Shown here: piece by piece, positions 9,463 to 19,571 of the stretch
How positions within the stretch are numbered: the stretch's first letter is position 1
Layout of the letters: each line of letters opens with the position of its first letter
Sequence record: MG673519.1
DNA: 64,000 nt
Direction: 5' to 3' (one strand)
From: Escherichia phage LAMP
The notes under the pieces: generated by a model
What the model was told of the DNA's origin: nothing
Seen by the model: only the letters and a program-made list of their open reading frames with translations
The model's database searches: none
Position numbers and translations under genes: made by a program

Positions 9463-9471
9463 GGAGATAAT

Positions 9472-12400
9472 ATGATCGTTTATAATAACCAAGCACCTGA
9501 TGCAGTGAATAACGTTGGGCAGTTTGGTGCTACTGAAGGCTCTATTGGAGCTTATAAGCAAGCAGCAGAGTATGCAGCTGACTCTAAATATTGGGCACTG
9601 TTAGCAGAATCTAAGTTTGGTACAATTGATGACTTGATCGCTGAAGTAGAGCGTTTGTATCAGCAAGGTGTTCTGATGAAGCAGGATATCGAAGATCTTA
9701 AGCAGGACTTTAGAGATCAAGATGCTCGTCTGATGAGTTTGATTGCTCAAACTAACGCAGCAGTCTCTGATGCTAACAATGCTGTTGCTTTAATCAATCA
9801 GAAACTTATTGAGGTTCAGAATCAGCTTGACGTTCTGTTAGGAATGTCCGTTGATGTAACCACACTCCCTCCGGGAACTCCGGCTACTGGCTCTTTTAAT
9901 CCTAACACTGGTGCAATATCTCTGGGTATCCCAGAAGGTGATCCCGGAAAGGATGGTTCTGTTAAGGATTTGGATACAGCACCAACTGGTGTTCCTGTTC
10001 TTGGTGATGTAGGCTTCTATGTTGATAAAGATGATAACACCGTTCACAAAACATCTTTAGAGAATATTGCAAACCTTATCCCATCCGTTCGTTCTATCTC
10101 TGTAAACGGCGGTCCTTCTGAGAGTGGTGAAGTTGCTCTAACTCTTGACAAAAGCACTGTTGGGCTAAGTAATGTAGAGAACGTGGCTTCTTATAGTAAA
10201 GAAGTTGTTGATAACAAAGTTGATGGTTTTATTAAAACATACAGCTCTAAAGCTGAAGCGGATGCGGATGCCGTTAATCGTGAGGCTGGAGAAACTGTTC
10301 TTGTTTGGGAAGACACTCAGTATGTATTCTATAAAGTAGCTGCTGATAAGATTTTAGATTTGGATAAAACTGAACCTCGTGTCATCACTGTTAACTCCCG
10401 CATTCCAGATTCCAGCGGTAACATCGACATTACCATCCCTACAGGAAACCCCTCTCTGTATCTTGGTGAATTGCTCATGTTCCCATATGACCCATCTCGT
10501 CCTATCTCTTATCCGGGGATTTTACCTGCTGACGGTCGTTTGGTCTCTAAAGACTTAGCTAGTGATTTGGGTGCTTCTTTGGTAAGCGGTCAACTTCCTG
10601 TTGTATCAGAGACAGAGTGGCAGGCAGGTGCTAAGCAATATTATTCTTGGGGTAAATTAGCTGATGGCTTGACCGATGCAGATTCTACCAACTATATTAA
10701 CATACGTCTTCCTGATTGGACTGGTGGTGAAGCTATTAGATCTCCTAGCTTAACTGGAGATACTTCTTATGACGGTAAACCAATAGATCAGAAACCTTAT
10801 ATTGTTACTATTAACGGAATCTCCCCTAATGATATCACAGGAAACGTCAACATAACAGCTGCAAACATAGGAGCTTTGGCTAAGTCTGGTGGTATCATGG
10901 ATGGAAACTTGGTCCTTAACAAAGCCGTAGCTTTACGCAGAATAAAGGACAATGACACTCAAGTTAACATGGTATCAAGGAGTGATTCTGATGATTCTGT
11001 GCTTGGTGACCATTTAGCTAAAACTGTTATTGCCTCCTCAGAGACTCCTATCTTCTCTAAACCGGATGGGGATTATAAATTTTATACAGAGGATAATAAA
11101 CCTACGAACGTTGATGTTGGTGCTGCTGGTATTGATGTTAATGGGGTTAACTCCGACATTAAAACTTTTACACAGAAAGTAACATTCCAGCAACCGGTTA
11201 CAGTAGCAGATGCAGTTGGGGATTATGATGCAGTTACCTTACGTCAGCTGAGAAACCAAGGCGGTGGCGGTGGTGGTCCTACGATGAACGGTATCTCCAA
11301 CTTTAACATTGGTGATTTCCGTCTTGTTGATAGCCGTGCCTTTATTCAAGCAAATGATGTAGTGTCTGACGGTCAGTTACTGAATCGGGCAGATTGGCCT
11401 GAACTTTGGGCTTATGCTCAGATGTTGTCTCCGATAACTGATTCCGAGTGGCTGGCGACACCTTCCAAACGTGGTCGGTATTCACTAGGTGATGGGGCTA
11501 CGACTTTCCGTGTGCCAGACAGGAACGGCGTTCAGGCAGGCTCTATTAACGAATTATTTGGACGCGGTGATGGTGGGGTATCCTCTGCTGCGGGTGATGT
11601 ATTCGAAAACGGCGCGCCGAATATCACAGGGTCGTTCAGAGGATATACATACGTCAACAACAATCCAAATGGCGCATTTACGTTTGCAGCCACCAGCACA
11701 AACGTTGTTAACACGACAAGTGGAACAGACACAAACACACAATATGGAGTATTCAATTTCGGCGCTGACAAATCAAATGCCGCTTACGGACGCTCGTCAA
11801 AGGTGCGGCCAGATTGCTTTGTCGGTGTTTGGGTGATTCGTGCATCTGGCGGCTTCGTGGCGGCGAATACGCAATGGTCTGTTATTAATAGCGATGACAT
11901 AAGACCGTCGGACGGTACAACCGTTACAGGTGGCAACTTGATATCCGATTATAGGGTTGGCACAGAGTCAGAAGGCTCAGCTGAATTCAAAATGCAAGGC
12001 ACTGTTGGTGGTTCATACTCTGCAAGAATTGGAGTTTATAACAAAACTTCTTCAAACGGTACAACTTTTGATTTCACTGAAGCTGGGAATATAGAGACTC
12101 CTAGGGGTCGTGTTTTGGTGAAGGGTGATTATGGTGTTGGTGTTCAGGGTGGTACAGTGCTACCTGCTTCTAACTATAACCAGTTCATAACAGACTCAGA
12201 TGGTAATTCGCCGTGGGCAGCTGCAAATGGGGGAGGTTTCCAAACTTCTTATGCCGTAAACAGAATCTGCCAGTTTTGGATAAGCTTGAATGGTTCGGCT
12301 TATGTTAGAACTAACACCATAAACAACAATCCAAAAGAACTCAAAACCAACCTTCCGTGGACAACTCTTCAGAATGCTGGAACCTCTGACGCGAATGTTA

Positions 12401-12678
12401 AAGATATTGGTGATGATTTGGATTTAAATGTCGCTCTAAGTAATATTAAAGCTCTTGAGTTTAAGAATTTTACATACAAGAGTGATAAGAATAAATCTCC
12501 ACGTCGAGGAGTTATTGCACAACAGGCAGAACAGGTTGACCCTCAGTATGTTCACAGTGCAGAAAAAAGTGGAGTTATGACTCTCGACACTAACCCACTT
12601 TTATTAGATGCTCTTGCTGCTATCAAGCTTTTGTCTGCAAAAGTGGAGGAGTTAGAAAAACAACTGGCTGCTAAGTAA
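9472..12678 (+). CDS. Tail fibre protein 1 (tail-collar-type domain, C-terminal intramolecular-chaperone-like domain)
   Basis: 1068 aa; Gly runs; block resembling the phage tail collar domain (TTFRVPDRNG...GRGDGG); C-terminal coiled coil resembling autocleaving fibre chaperone domains; about 160 aa roughly 75% identical to a block in the next gene. Confidence 0.75.
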   Translation: MIVYNNQAPDAVNNVGQFGATEGSIGAYKQAAEYAADSKYWALLAESKFGTIDDLIAEVERLYQQGVLMKQDIEDLKQDFRDQDARLMSLIAQTNAAVSDANNAVALINQKLIEVQNQLDVLLGMSVDVTTLPPGTPATGSFNPNTGAISLGIPEGDPGKDGSVKDLDTAPTGVPVLGDVGFYVDKDDNTVHKTSLENIANLIPSVRSISVNGGPSESGEVALTLDKSTVGLSNVENVASYSKEVVDNKVDGFIKTYSSKAEADADAVNREAGETVLVWEDTQYVFYKVAADKILDLDKTEPRVITVNSRIPDSSGNIDITIPTGNPSLYLGELLMFPYDPSRPISYPGILPADGRLVSKDLASDLGASLVSGQLPVVSETEWQAGAKQYYSWGKLADGLTDADSTNYINIRLPDWTGGEAIRSPSLTGDTSYDGKPIDQKPYIVTINGISPNDITGNVNITAANIGALAKSGGIMDGNLVLNKAVALRRIKDNDTQVNMVSRSDSDDSVLGDHLAKTVIASSETPIFSKPDGDYKFYTEDNKPTNVDVGAAGIDVNGVNSDIKTFTQKVTFQQPVTVADAVGDYDAVTLRQLRNQGGGGGGPTMNGISNFNIGDFRLVDSRAFIQANDVVSDGQLLNRADWPELWAYAQMLSPITDSEWLATPSKRGRYSLGDGATTFRVPDRNGVQAGSINELFGRGDGGVSSAAGDVFENGAPNITGSFRGYTYVNNNPNGAFTFAATSTNVVNTTSGTDTNTQYGVFNFGADKSNAAYGRSSKVRPDCFVGVWVIRASGGFVAANTQWSVINSDDIRPSDGTTVTGGNLISDYRVGTESEGSAEFKMQGTVGGSYSARIGVYNKTSSNGTTFDFTEAGNIETPRGRVLVKGDYGVGVQGGTVLPASNYNQFITDSDGNSPWAAANGGGFQTSYAVNRICQFWISLNGSAYVRTNTINNNPKELKTNLPWTTLQNAGTSDANVKDIGDDLDLNVALSNIKALEFKNFTYKSDKNKSPRRGVIAQQAEQVDPQYVHSAEKSGVMTLDTNPLLLDALAAIKLLSAKVEELEKQLAAK

Positions 12679-12686
12679 TTAACAAC

Positions 12687-12705
12687 GCTCCCTTCGGGGA
12701 GCTTT
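12687..12705 (+). terminator. UUCG-tetraloop hairpin after tail fibre 1 (weak terminator or RNA-stability element)
   Basis: GCTCCC-TTCG-GGGAGC followed by TTT. Confidence 0.35.
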
Positions 12706-12717
12706 AAGGAGAATTTA

Positions 12718-14853
12718 ATGTCTAGAGAATTAATGCCTAAATCCGGTATAATGATGCCACATGTAGTGGTTAACCGAGATGCTGCGGTAGTAGGTGTCTC
12801 CACTGTAGACGGAGTGGCTGGTGCAATTGATCTTACTGGTAAGTATCTACAGAAAACAGATGCGTCAGCTACCTATCAAACAAAAACTGAAGGTGCTTCT
12901 AAGACTTATGTTTTAGATTCTATTCAACCTATCATGGAAGGTGCTTTATTTAAAGCTGACCCTTTCGTAGATAACAACGTCCCTTTCCGTTCCGCTGGGG
13001 CTAATGGTGTAGAGTCTGTGGATATGATGAAAGTCACCACTGATAACTCAATCAAGATTGGTAGTTATGCTTCCTCAGTTCAAGGAGTAGAGATTCATTC
13101 TGCTGGTCGTGTTCAGGTTGTTGACCAGAATGACGGTGGTGTAGAAACTAAATATCCTATCTATTCTAAGCGTTTCCGTCCTGAGATTGAAGATTTACCT
13201 TTTGCTGCAATCGGTTCTTATGTTAAGGATTCTCAAGGTCGTACCATTGGAGTAAATCGAACTGGTATCAACTCTGATATCAAACAGTTTACTCAGAAAG
13301 TAACTTTCTCTGAACCAGTTACTGTTCCTGATGCTGTTGGTGATTATGATGCTGTTACACTAAGACAGCTTCGTAACAGTGGTGGAGGTTCTGGTGGTCC
13401 TACCATGAGCGGTATCTCCAACTTTGGTATTGGTGATTTCCATCTTCGTGATAGTCGTGCTTTTATCCCAGCTTTTGAAGTAACCTCTGATGGACAGCTT
13501 CTCAGTCGTTCAGAGTATCCAGACCTTTGGGCTTATGCTCAACTGTTGACACCTATCTCGGATGCTGATTGGTTGGCTGATCCTCAGAAACGTGGTAAAT
13601 ACTCAACAGGTGATGGTTCTACTACTTTCCGTGTCCCTGACCGAAATGGTGTCCAATCAGGTTCAATTAAAGAGTTGTTTGGGAGAGGGGACGGAGGATC
13701 TTCCTCTACCGCAGGTACCATATATGAAGCAGCAGCGCCAGACATTGGAGGGGCAGCAGCTGGCGTATCTCAAGGTACTTATGCGCAAATTTTTGGTACA
13801 GCAGTAAGAGGTGCGTTTTTCACAGATAACGGACTGTATCCTCAAGGAGCTGGTGAAACAATACCGGGTGGTACTGGTGCAACTGAAGGTCGTCAGAATA
13901 CTCTGAATTTCCTAGCAAGTAGATCTAATGCTACTTATGGGAGATACGGTGTTTCAGATAACATCCTCCCTCGTAACTTCATCGGTGTTTGGACCATCCG
14001 TGCTCATGGTGGGTTCGTAGCTGCTAATACTTCTTGGTCTGTTATTAACGGCGACACGTCAATGCCACCTTCCGGAGTTTCAGTAGACGGTGGTTACATA
14101 CGTAGTGTGTACAATGTGGCCGGTTCTCCGGTAGCAGAGTTCGCTGTCCGAGCGGTTGCAAACTCTAACGGTTATTATGCCAGAGCGTACACGAGAAACC
14201 ATACTGACAACACGTCGGGGTACTTTGATTTCCATGAGAATGGAGAGTTCGCTGCGGCTGAGTTCCGTGGTCAAAGAATTACCTTGAATGATAATAACTG
14301 GCCGGGAGTGGTGATGAAGCCTTTTTCGGCTAACCCATCTGCTCTCGGTGGTGTCACTCTTATCGAATCCAACATTGGAGCCGCTGCTAGTGATGTCTCC
14401 CGTGTGAGTCTGATTAGACGGAGGGTTGACGGTGTTACAGGTTCGATTACCGTTGGTTTTCCGCAGACAGCAGGTACTCTGGCTCTCCAAGGTACTTCTG
14501 GCATCAATTTTAAGAAGGATATTGTTGATGCTGATGCTAATGAAGCACTCGATAGAATCACCAACCAGCGTTTGGTCAACTTTGTCTATAAAGATGATGA
14601 GCAAGAACGTGTTCGATTCGGTGTTATTGCTGAAGAAGCAGAGTTAATTGCACCGCAATACATCAAACACAATCAGGAATCTTACGAGGACATTCTTGAC
14701 GAAGAAGGGAATAAGATTGGCGAGAAGACAAGGGACAGACCTTCCGTCGACGTCAACCCAATCGTCATGGATTTGATGGGGTGTGTTCAGGCGCTGACTA
14801 AAAGGATTGAGGCGATGGAAGCCGAGATTGCTGAACTCAAATCTAACAAGTGA
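12718..14853 (+). CDS. Tail fibre protein 2 (paralogous central module, C-terminal chaperone-like domain)
   Basis: 711 aa; shares the collar-like module with fibre 1 but has different N- and distal regions; C-terminal coiled coil (EAMEAEIAELKSNK). Confidence 0.75.
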   Translation: MSRELMPKSGIMMPHVVVNRDAAVVGVSTVDGVAGAIDLTGKYLQKTDASATYQTKTEGASKTYVLDSIQPIMEGALFKADPFVDNNVPFRSAGANGVESVDMMKVTTDNSIKIGSYASSVQGVEIHSAGRVQVVDQNDGGVETKYPIYSKRFRPEIEDLPFAAIGSYVKDSQGRTIGVNRTGINSDIKQFTQKVTFSEPVTVPDAVGDYDAVTLRQLRNSGGGSGGPTMSGISNFGIGDFHLRDSRAFIPAFEVTSDGQLLSRSEYPDLWAYAQLLTPISDADWLADPQKRGKYSTGDGSTTFRVPDRNGVQSGSIKELFGRGDGGSSSTAGTIYEAAAPDIGGAAAGVSQGTYAQIFGTAVRGAFFTDNGLYPQGAGETIPGGTGATEGRQNTLNFLASRSNATYGRYGVSDNILPRNFIGVWTIRAHGGFVAANTSWSVINGDTSMPPSGVSVDGGYIRSVYNVAGSPVAEFAVRAVANSNGYYARAYTRNHTDNTSGYFDFHENGEFAAAEFRGQRITLNDNNWPGVVMKPFSANPSALGGVTLIESNIGAAASDVSRVSLIRRRVDGVTGSITVGFPQTAGTLALQGTSGINFKKDIVDADANEALDRITNQRLVNFVYKDDEQERVRFGVIAEEAELIAPQYIKHNQESYEDILDEEGNKIGEKTRDRPSVDVNPIVMDLMGCVQALTKRIEAMEAEIAELKSNK

Positions 14854-14857
14854 GATA

Positions 14858-14876
14858 AGCCCCTTCGGGGGCTTTA
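14858..14876 (+). terminator. UUCG-tetraloop hairpin after tail fibre 2
   Basis: AGCCCC-TTCG-GGGGCT followed by TTAG. Confidence 0.35.
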
Positions 14877-14945
14877 GTAGTAAGTACCCTTAGTAAGTAA
14901 TGAAACTAATATATCCCAAGAGGTTAATATATAGGAGACACTCAA

Positions 14946-15164
14946 ATGAAAATGATGAAACAAGCTGCATATGGTTTAATCTGTTTAGGTGCAGGTGTTG
15001 TGGTGTCAACCGCAGTTCCTGTAGGCGCAGTTCTTCCATTAGTAACTGTCCCTGCTCCAGTAGAGAAACTTAGTTCTCAATGTAAGCAGCGAACCATTCA
15101 AAATAATCTAGTTGTTATTTGTCCTGATGCTGAATCTAACGCTCTGAGAAAGATACTACCTTAA
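14946..15164 (+). CDS. Small membrane or secreted protein (possible holin-type lysis protein)
   Basis: 72 aa, hydrophobic N-terminal segment, directly upstream of the lysozyme gene. Function is inferred from position only. Confidence 0.35.
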   Translation: MKMMKQAAYGLICLGAGVVVSTAVPVGAVLPLVTVPAPVEKLSSQCKQRTIQNNLVVICPDAESNALRKILP

Positions 15165-15193
15165 TTTAAAGGGACCACAAAAGGAGGTTAGAA

Positions 15194-15685
15194 ATGGATA
15201 ACGCCGCATTGCCACCTGTACAACTAAACTTAAGCCCAGCTGGAATGGAATTCATCATGAAGCATGAGGGTATGAGAACCAAGGCTTATAAAGATTCCGC
15301 AGGTATCTGGACGATATGTGTAGGGGCTACGCGCGATATGAATGGTTATCCGGTTAGGCAAGGATTAACATATTCTATAGAGGATTGTCTAGCTCTGCTA
15401 GATAGAGACACACAAGACTCTGTTCGTGCTACTCAGAAGAACATAAAGGTTCCTTTACTAGTTCATGAGTTTGATGCACTCGCTTCTTTCAGCTTCAATG
15501 TTGGCAGTGGTGCTTTGAGCACATCTAAGTTAAGGAAGGTTATCAATGGAGAGGTCAAAGGTGATGTATACTCAGAGTTTCTTCGTTGGGATAAAATTAC
15601 GGTGAATGGAGAGAAGCATAGGAGTCAGGGTCTTCATAACAGAAGGGTTGCAGAAGCTGATCTTTATACCGAAGGTAAATATTAA
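15194..15685 (+). CDS. Lysozyme, glycoside hydrolase family 24 (T4-lysozyme-like)
   Basis: 163 aa; MKHEG...KAYKDSAGIWTICVG pattern typical of GH24 lysozymes; strong AAAGGAGG SD. Confidence 0.85.
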   Translation: MDNAALPPVQLNLSPAGMEFIMKHEGMRTKAYKDSAGIWTICVGATRDMNGYPVRQGLTYSIEDCLALLDRDTQDSVRATQKNIKVPLLVHEFDALASFSFNVGSGALSTSKLRKVINGEVKGDVYSEFLRWDKITVNGEKHRSQGLHNRRVAEADLYTEGKY

Positions 15686-15697
15686 TGGAGGTGCCTT

Positions 15698-16501
15698 TTG
15701 GCTATCGAAACTAATGCGGTAGTAGTTACCGACTTGAATCCACTCTATCCTAGAGACAGGGATTATATCTACGAAGGGGCGGCTCAAATCCGCCTCATTA
15801 AACAAACACTACAAAACACATTCCCCAATGTTACAGAACCAGTTCAGTTGGACTCAGATTCTCTCAATATTCTGGCTAGCAAAGTTACCTTTACTGGTGA
15901 CTCTATGGATGTTGGTGGGTTGATGATCAAGAATGCCACTCCGGGTACAGGTGATAGCGATGTTGTCACTAAAGGCCAGATGGAAGCTTTCATGCAGAAC
16001 TGGATGGCTAATAAACTTTACAGGATTGGCTCTTACTATATCACTGAAGAAGATATTAACCCCGGTGATAGTTCTTCTCTTGGTTTTGGCTCTTGGGCTA
16101 AAGTGACTGGTGTTATTATGGGTACTGGTGTAGTAAACCCTGATGGCTCTGTTCCTAATGCTCAGAGGGTTGAATTCCAAGCAGGTGGTACTGGTGGTCG
16201 TGTATTCAATACCATTCGAACAGAGAACGTACCTTTGATGACAGTTAATGGCTCCAGCTTCTCCTTATCCAGTAACACCCACAGCCACAATATGGTATTT
16301 GGTCGTGGAGATGCTAGTGGTCATAACAGCTCACCAAACTGGTATAGTCCAGGTGGTGGTTACAGTCAGAGAACGGAGAATGACACTCACACTCATACAA
16401 TCTCTGGTAGTGTAAGTCTTGGTCGTGATGATATCTCTCGTCAACCTATTAACACTTTGCCACCATTCAGAGCAGCTCACATTTGGAGACGTATTAGCTA
16501 A
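15698..16501 (+). CDS. Hypothetical tail protein
   Basis: 267 aa; TTG start with GGAGGTG SD; located in the tail region. Confidence 0.45.
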   Translation: MAIETNAVVVTDLNPLYPRDRDYIYEGAAQIRLIKQTLQNTFPNVTEPVQLDSDSLNILASKVTFTGDSMDVGGLMIKNATPGTGDSDVVTKGQMEAFMQNWMANKLYRIGSYYITEEDINPGDSSSLGFGSWAKVTGVIMGTGVVNPDGSVPNAQRVEFQAGGTGGRVFNTIRTENVPLMTVNGSSFSLSSNTHSHNMVFGRGDASGHNSSPNWYSPGGGYSQRTENDTHTHTISGSVSLGRDDISRQPINTLPPFRAAHIWRRIS

Positions 16502-16510
16502 GGAGGAATT

Positions 16511-19500
16511 ATGGCGCTGTATCCAATAAAGTCACTAGGTGCTGTAGGCGTTATCGCTGATCAGGCTCCGACAGACTTAGCTCCTAATGCTTTCACTAAT
16601 GCTATAAATGCTCGATTTGTTGAGCAGAGAGTGTTTAAGACGGGGGGCAATGCCCCTCTTTCTTATGTAGATGAAGATAAGGATTTAACCCCTCTGTCTT
16701 TCGTGTCTATGCCTTTCGATTATTATAGCGCAGGTAATAGCTTTCTTGTTGTAGGTACGAATAAGAAGTTATATAAACTGACAGATGAAAGCTTGACTGA
16801 CATTAGCCGTAAGGTTGCTACAGTCACTAAGAAGGCTTCTGCCTCAATTAAGATCTATCCAGTTGTTTCTCAAATCGTTCCTAAAGAATCAACTATTTCA
16901 ATGAACTTCAATCAGACTAAGAATCTAGAAGTTTCTCTTCTTCCTGCTGATGCTAACAATACCGACCTTGTTTGGGAGGTTAGTAATTCAACCTATGGAA
17001 GTATTGCAGTAGACCCTAATGATTCTAAACTTGCTACCCTAACATCTTTTGAGAGAGAGGGGAATCTTGTAGTAACCATCTCTACTGCTGATGATTCTGT
17101 AGTGGCTCAGATTGCTGTGAACATTATAGATGGTGATTCGGGAATCTTCTTGAGTCAGGACACTGTTACTATCCGTAAAGGAGGAACTACCACTCTTACG
17201 GCTGTTACTGGTAAAACCCCTGTTACTTGGTCTAGCAGTAATGCTTCTATTGTATCCGTAACCCCTAACGCTAATTCTCTAACTGCTGTTATTACTGCTA
17301 ATGGTGAGGGCAACGTAACAATCACTGCCGATAATGGAACGAAGACTGCTTCTTGTGAGGTTGTTTCTATACCTCAGATTGATAGCATCTCTTTAAGCCA
17401 GTCGGATGTTATTGTAAGCAGAGGTTCTCAGTACATCTTAACTGCTACCCTTTCTCCTGCTGATGCCCCTAATCAAAACATTACTTGGACCTCTTCTAAT
17501 CCAAATATTGCAACAGTATCAGGGACTAGTACACAAGGGACGATCAATGCCTTACTTGCTGGATTTACTGAGATTACGGCTACCACTGAAGAAGGTAACA
17601 GAGTTGCTGTCTGTACTGTACGAGTAGATTTAGCTGGAAGGGCGATGAGAACAAGTGCTATGGCATTTGCTGCACCTGCATCAGAACCAATTGAATCACA
17701 AGAGGAAGAAGTAGTAACTTCTCCTGAAAGTGAAGAGACGGTTTATTTTGCTGATCCTGTGTCTGGTATCGATACGTCAGGGATGTATGAAGGTAATAAC
17801 TTCTACGACTACTCTAACGTGAACGACATTGAAGGTTTTGCAAGAGCTTCTTTACTAGAAACCCCTTTGTCATCCGTAACCTTGGATGTTGTCAGTGCTT
17901 CTCTTGATGTTGGTGAGGAAATAGTTATTACAGCTACAGCTTCTCCAGAAGGTGAGTATTCCTATCAGTGGTCTGTCGATAAGACTGGTTATGTTTCTAC
18001 AACTTCAGTTACTGGTAAATCTATCAAACTGGTTGCTCTTCGTAAAGGGGAGGTTAACGTAACATGTACTGTTAGTCAGATGACTCAGAAAGATTACGAT
18101 GCTTTTGATGACTACCCTTGGTATCACGCTGTTATCTCTAACTGTGCAGTTGCTACAACTCACTATGAAACTCCTCAGGTAAAAGAGTTCGAATCAGAAT
18201 ACTTTGTAGACCTTCCGGGGTGGGGTGAGCAAACAGTTGTTGACAGTGATGGAAACCCTTCAGTCAAAAAGTTTAACTGGAAATGTGAGAGAGTAAGATC
18301 TTTTAACAACCGTCTTTTTGCTCTGAATATGAGAGAGGCTAATGCTTCTGGTGTTACCACTAACTACCCTCTTCGTCTTCGTTGGTCTAATTTTGCCAAC
18401 GAGAACAAAGCTCCTACTTTATGGGATGACTTTGCCTATGATCGAGTTGTGTCTTCGGACTTGGCTTCTAACATCGTAGGACAGACTCAGGCTTTAGAAA
18501 ATGGATATGCTGGTTACATCGACTTAGCTGACTCTAACGGCAGCTTGATTGATATCCTACCTCTTAAAGATTACTTGTTCGTTTATACAGAGTTTGAAAC
18601 GTATATTGGTTCTCCAACTAATAACACGTACCAACCTCTGATGTTCAAGAAACTCTTTAACGATTCCGGTATCCTTGCTCCTGAGTGTGCGGTTGAAGTA
18701 GAAGGTAGTCACTTCGTAGTTACTCAGAACGATGTAATCTTACACAATGGTGCAACCAAGAAGTCAATCGCTTCTAACCGTGTTAAGAATATGCTAATTA
18801 ATGAGATATGTCTGGTTAACCCTTTAGCTACTCGAGTACATTTGCATCAGGATAAGAAAGAAGTTTGGATTCTGTACGTAGGTCCGGGAGAACCAAAAGA
18901 AAGCTTCGCTTGTACTAAAGCTGCTGTATGGAACTACGAGTTTGATACTTGGTCTTTCCGTACTATCCCATATGCTCAATGTATTGGTCTGGTTGATCCT
19001 CCTGTTCTTGAAAGAGGTCCGATCTGGGCTGACTTCCAAGAGATCACTTGGGATGACCCTTCAATCAAAGAGCTTGTTTGGAGAAAAGATGCAACTAACT
19101 TCCGTCAGAGGGTTACGATAGTAGGTTCATTCTTACGAGGTTTCTATCAAGTGGATGTTGGTGCTTTGGATTACTTCTATGATAGGCTTAATGATAAGGT
19201 TATAGAAAAACCACTGGAGATGAGGTTAGAAAGAACTGGTATTGATTTTGATAACGTCACTAACGAATGGAATCAGAAACATATCAACAGGTTCAGACCT
19301 CAGACGACAGGTTCTGGTACGTATACTTTTGAAGCAGGTGGTAGTCAATTCTCTAATGAGTATGGTCATCCACACACATCTAAGACGTATACGATTGGTG
19401 TTGATAGGCATGTCTCGGTGAGACTGAACCATCCATACCTTTTCTATAATGTTATAGATAATGATGTTAACAGTAATGCTGCTATCAATGGATTAACGAT

Positions 19501-19528
19501 AGAGTTTGCTGTTGGCGGGCGGAGATAA
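16511..19528 (+). CDS. Large tail protein with tandem Ig-like (Big_2-type) repeats
   Basis: 1005 aa; several roughly 90-aa repeats with Ig-like composition in the N-terminal half; AAGGAGG SD. Confidence 0.65.
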   Translation: MALYPIKSLGAVGVIADQAPTDLAPNAFTNAINARFVEQRVFKTGGNAPLSYVDEDKDLTPLSFVSMPFDYYSAGNSFLVVGTNKKLYKLTDESLTDISRKVATVTKKASASIKIYPVVSQIVPKESTISMNFNQTKNLEVSLLPADANNTDLVWEVSNSTYGSIAVDPNDSKLATLTSFEREGNLVVTISTADDSVVAQIAVNIIDGDSGIFLSQDTVTIRKGGTTTLTAVTGKTPVTWSSSNASIVSVTPNANSLTAVITANGEGNVTITADNGTKTASCEVVSIPQIDSISLSQSDVIVSRGSQYILTATLSPADAPNQNITWTSSNPNIATVSGTSTQGTINALLAGFTEITATTEEGNRVAVCTVRVDLAGRAMRTSAMAFAAPASEPIESQEEEVVTSPESEETVYFADPVSGIDTSGMYEGNNFYDYSNVNDIEGFARASLLETPLSSVTLDVVSASLDVGEEIVITATASPEGEYSYQWSVDKTGYVSTTSVTGKSIKLVALRKGEVNVTCTVSQMTQKDYDAFDDYPWYHAVISNCAVATTHYETPQVKEFESEYFVDLPGWGEQTVVDSDGNPSVKKFNWKCERVRSFNNRLFALNMREANASGVTTNYPLRLRWSNFANENKAPTLWDDFAYDRVVSSDLASNIVGQTQALENGYAGYIDLADSNGSLIDILPLKDYLFVYTEFETYIGSPTNNTYQPLMFKKLFNDSGILAPECAVEVEGSHFVVTQNDVILHNGATKKSIASNRVKNMLINEICLVNPLATRVHLHQDKKEVWILYVGPGEPKESFACTKAAVWNYEFDTWSFRTIPYAQCIGLVDPPVLERGPIWADFQEITWDDPSIKELVWRKDATNFRQRVTIVGSFLRGFYQVDVGALDYFYDRLNDKVIEKPLEMRLERTGIDFDNVTNEWNQKHINRFRPQTTGSGTYTFEAGGSQFSNEYGHPHTSKTYTIGVDRHVSVRLNHPYLFYNVIDNDVNSNAAINGLTIEFAVGGRR

Positions 19529-19533
19529 CAACA

Positions 19534-19560
19534 AGGGGCTTCGTGCCCCTTTTATTGTTT
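19534..19560 (+). terminator. Candidate intrinsic terminator
   Basis: GGGGC-TTCGT-GCCCC hairpin followed by TTTTATTGTTT. Confidence 0.4.
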
Positions 19561-19571
19561 TGGAGGAACTT

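Noticed and set aside
14080-14604. 174-aa and 102-aa minus-strand ORFs inside tail fibre 2
   Set aside because: Antisense shadow ORFs within a strongly supported fibre gene; low-complexity translation.
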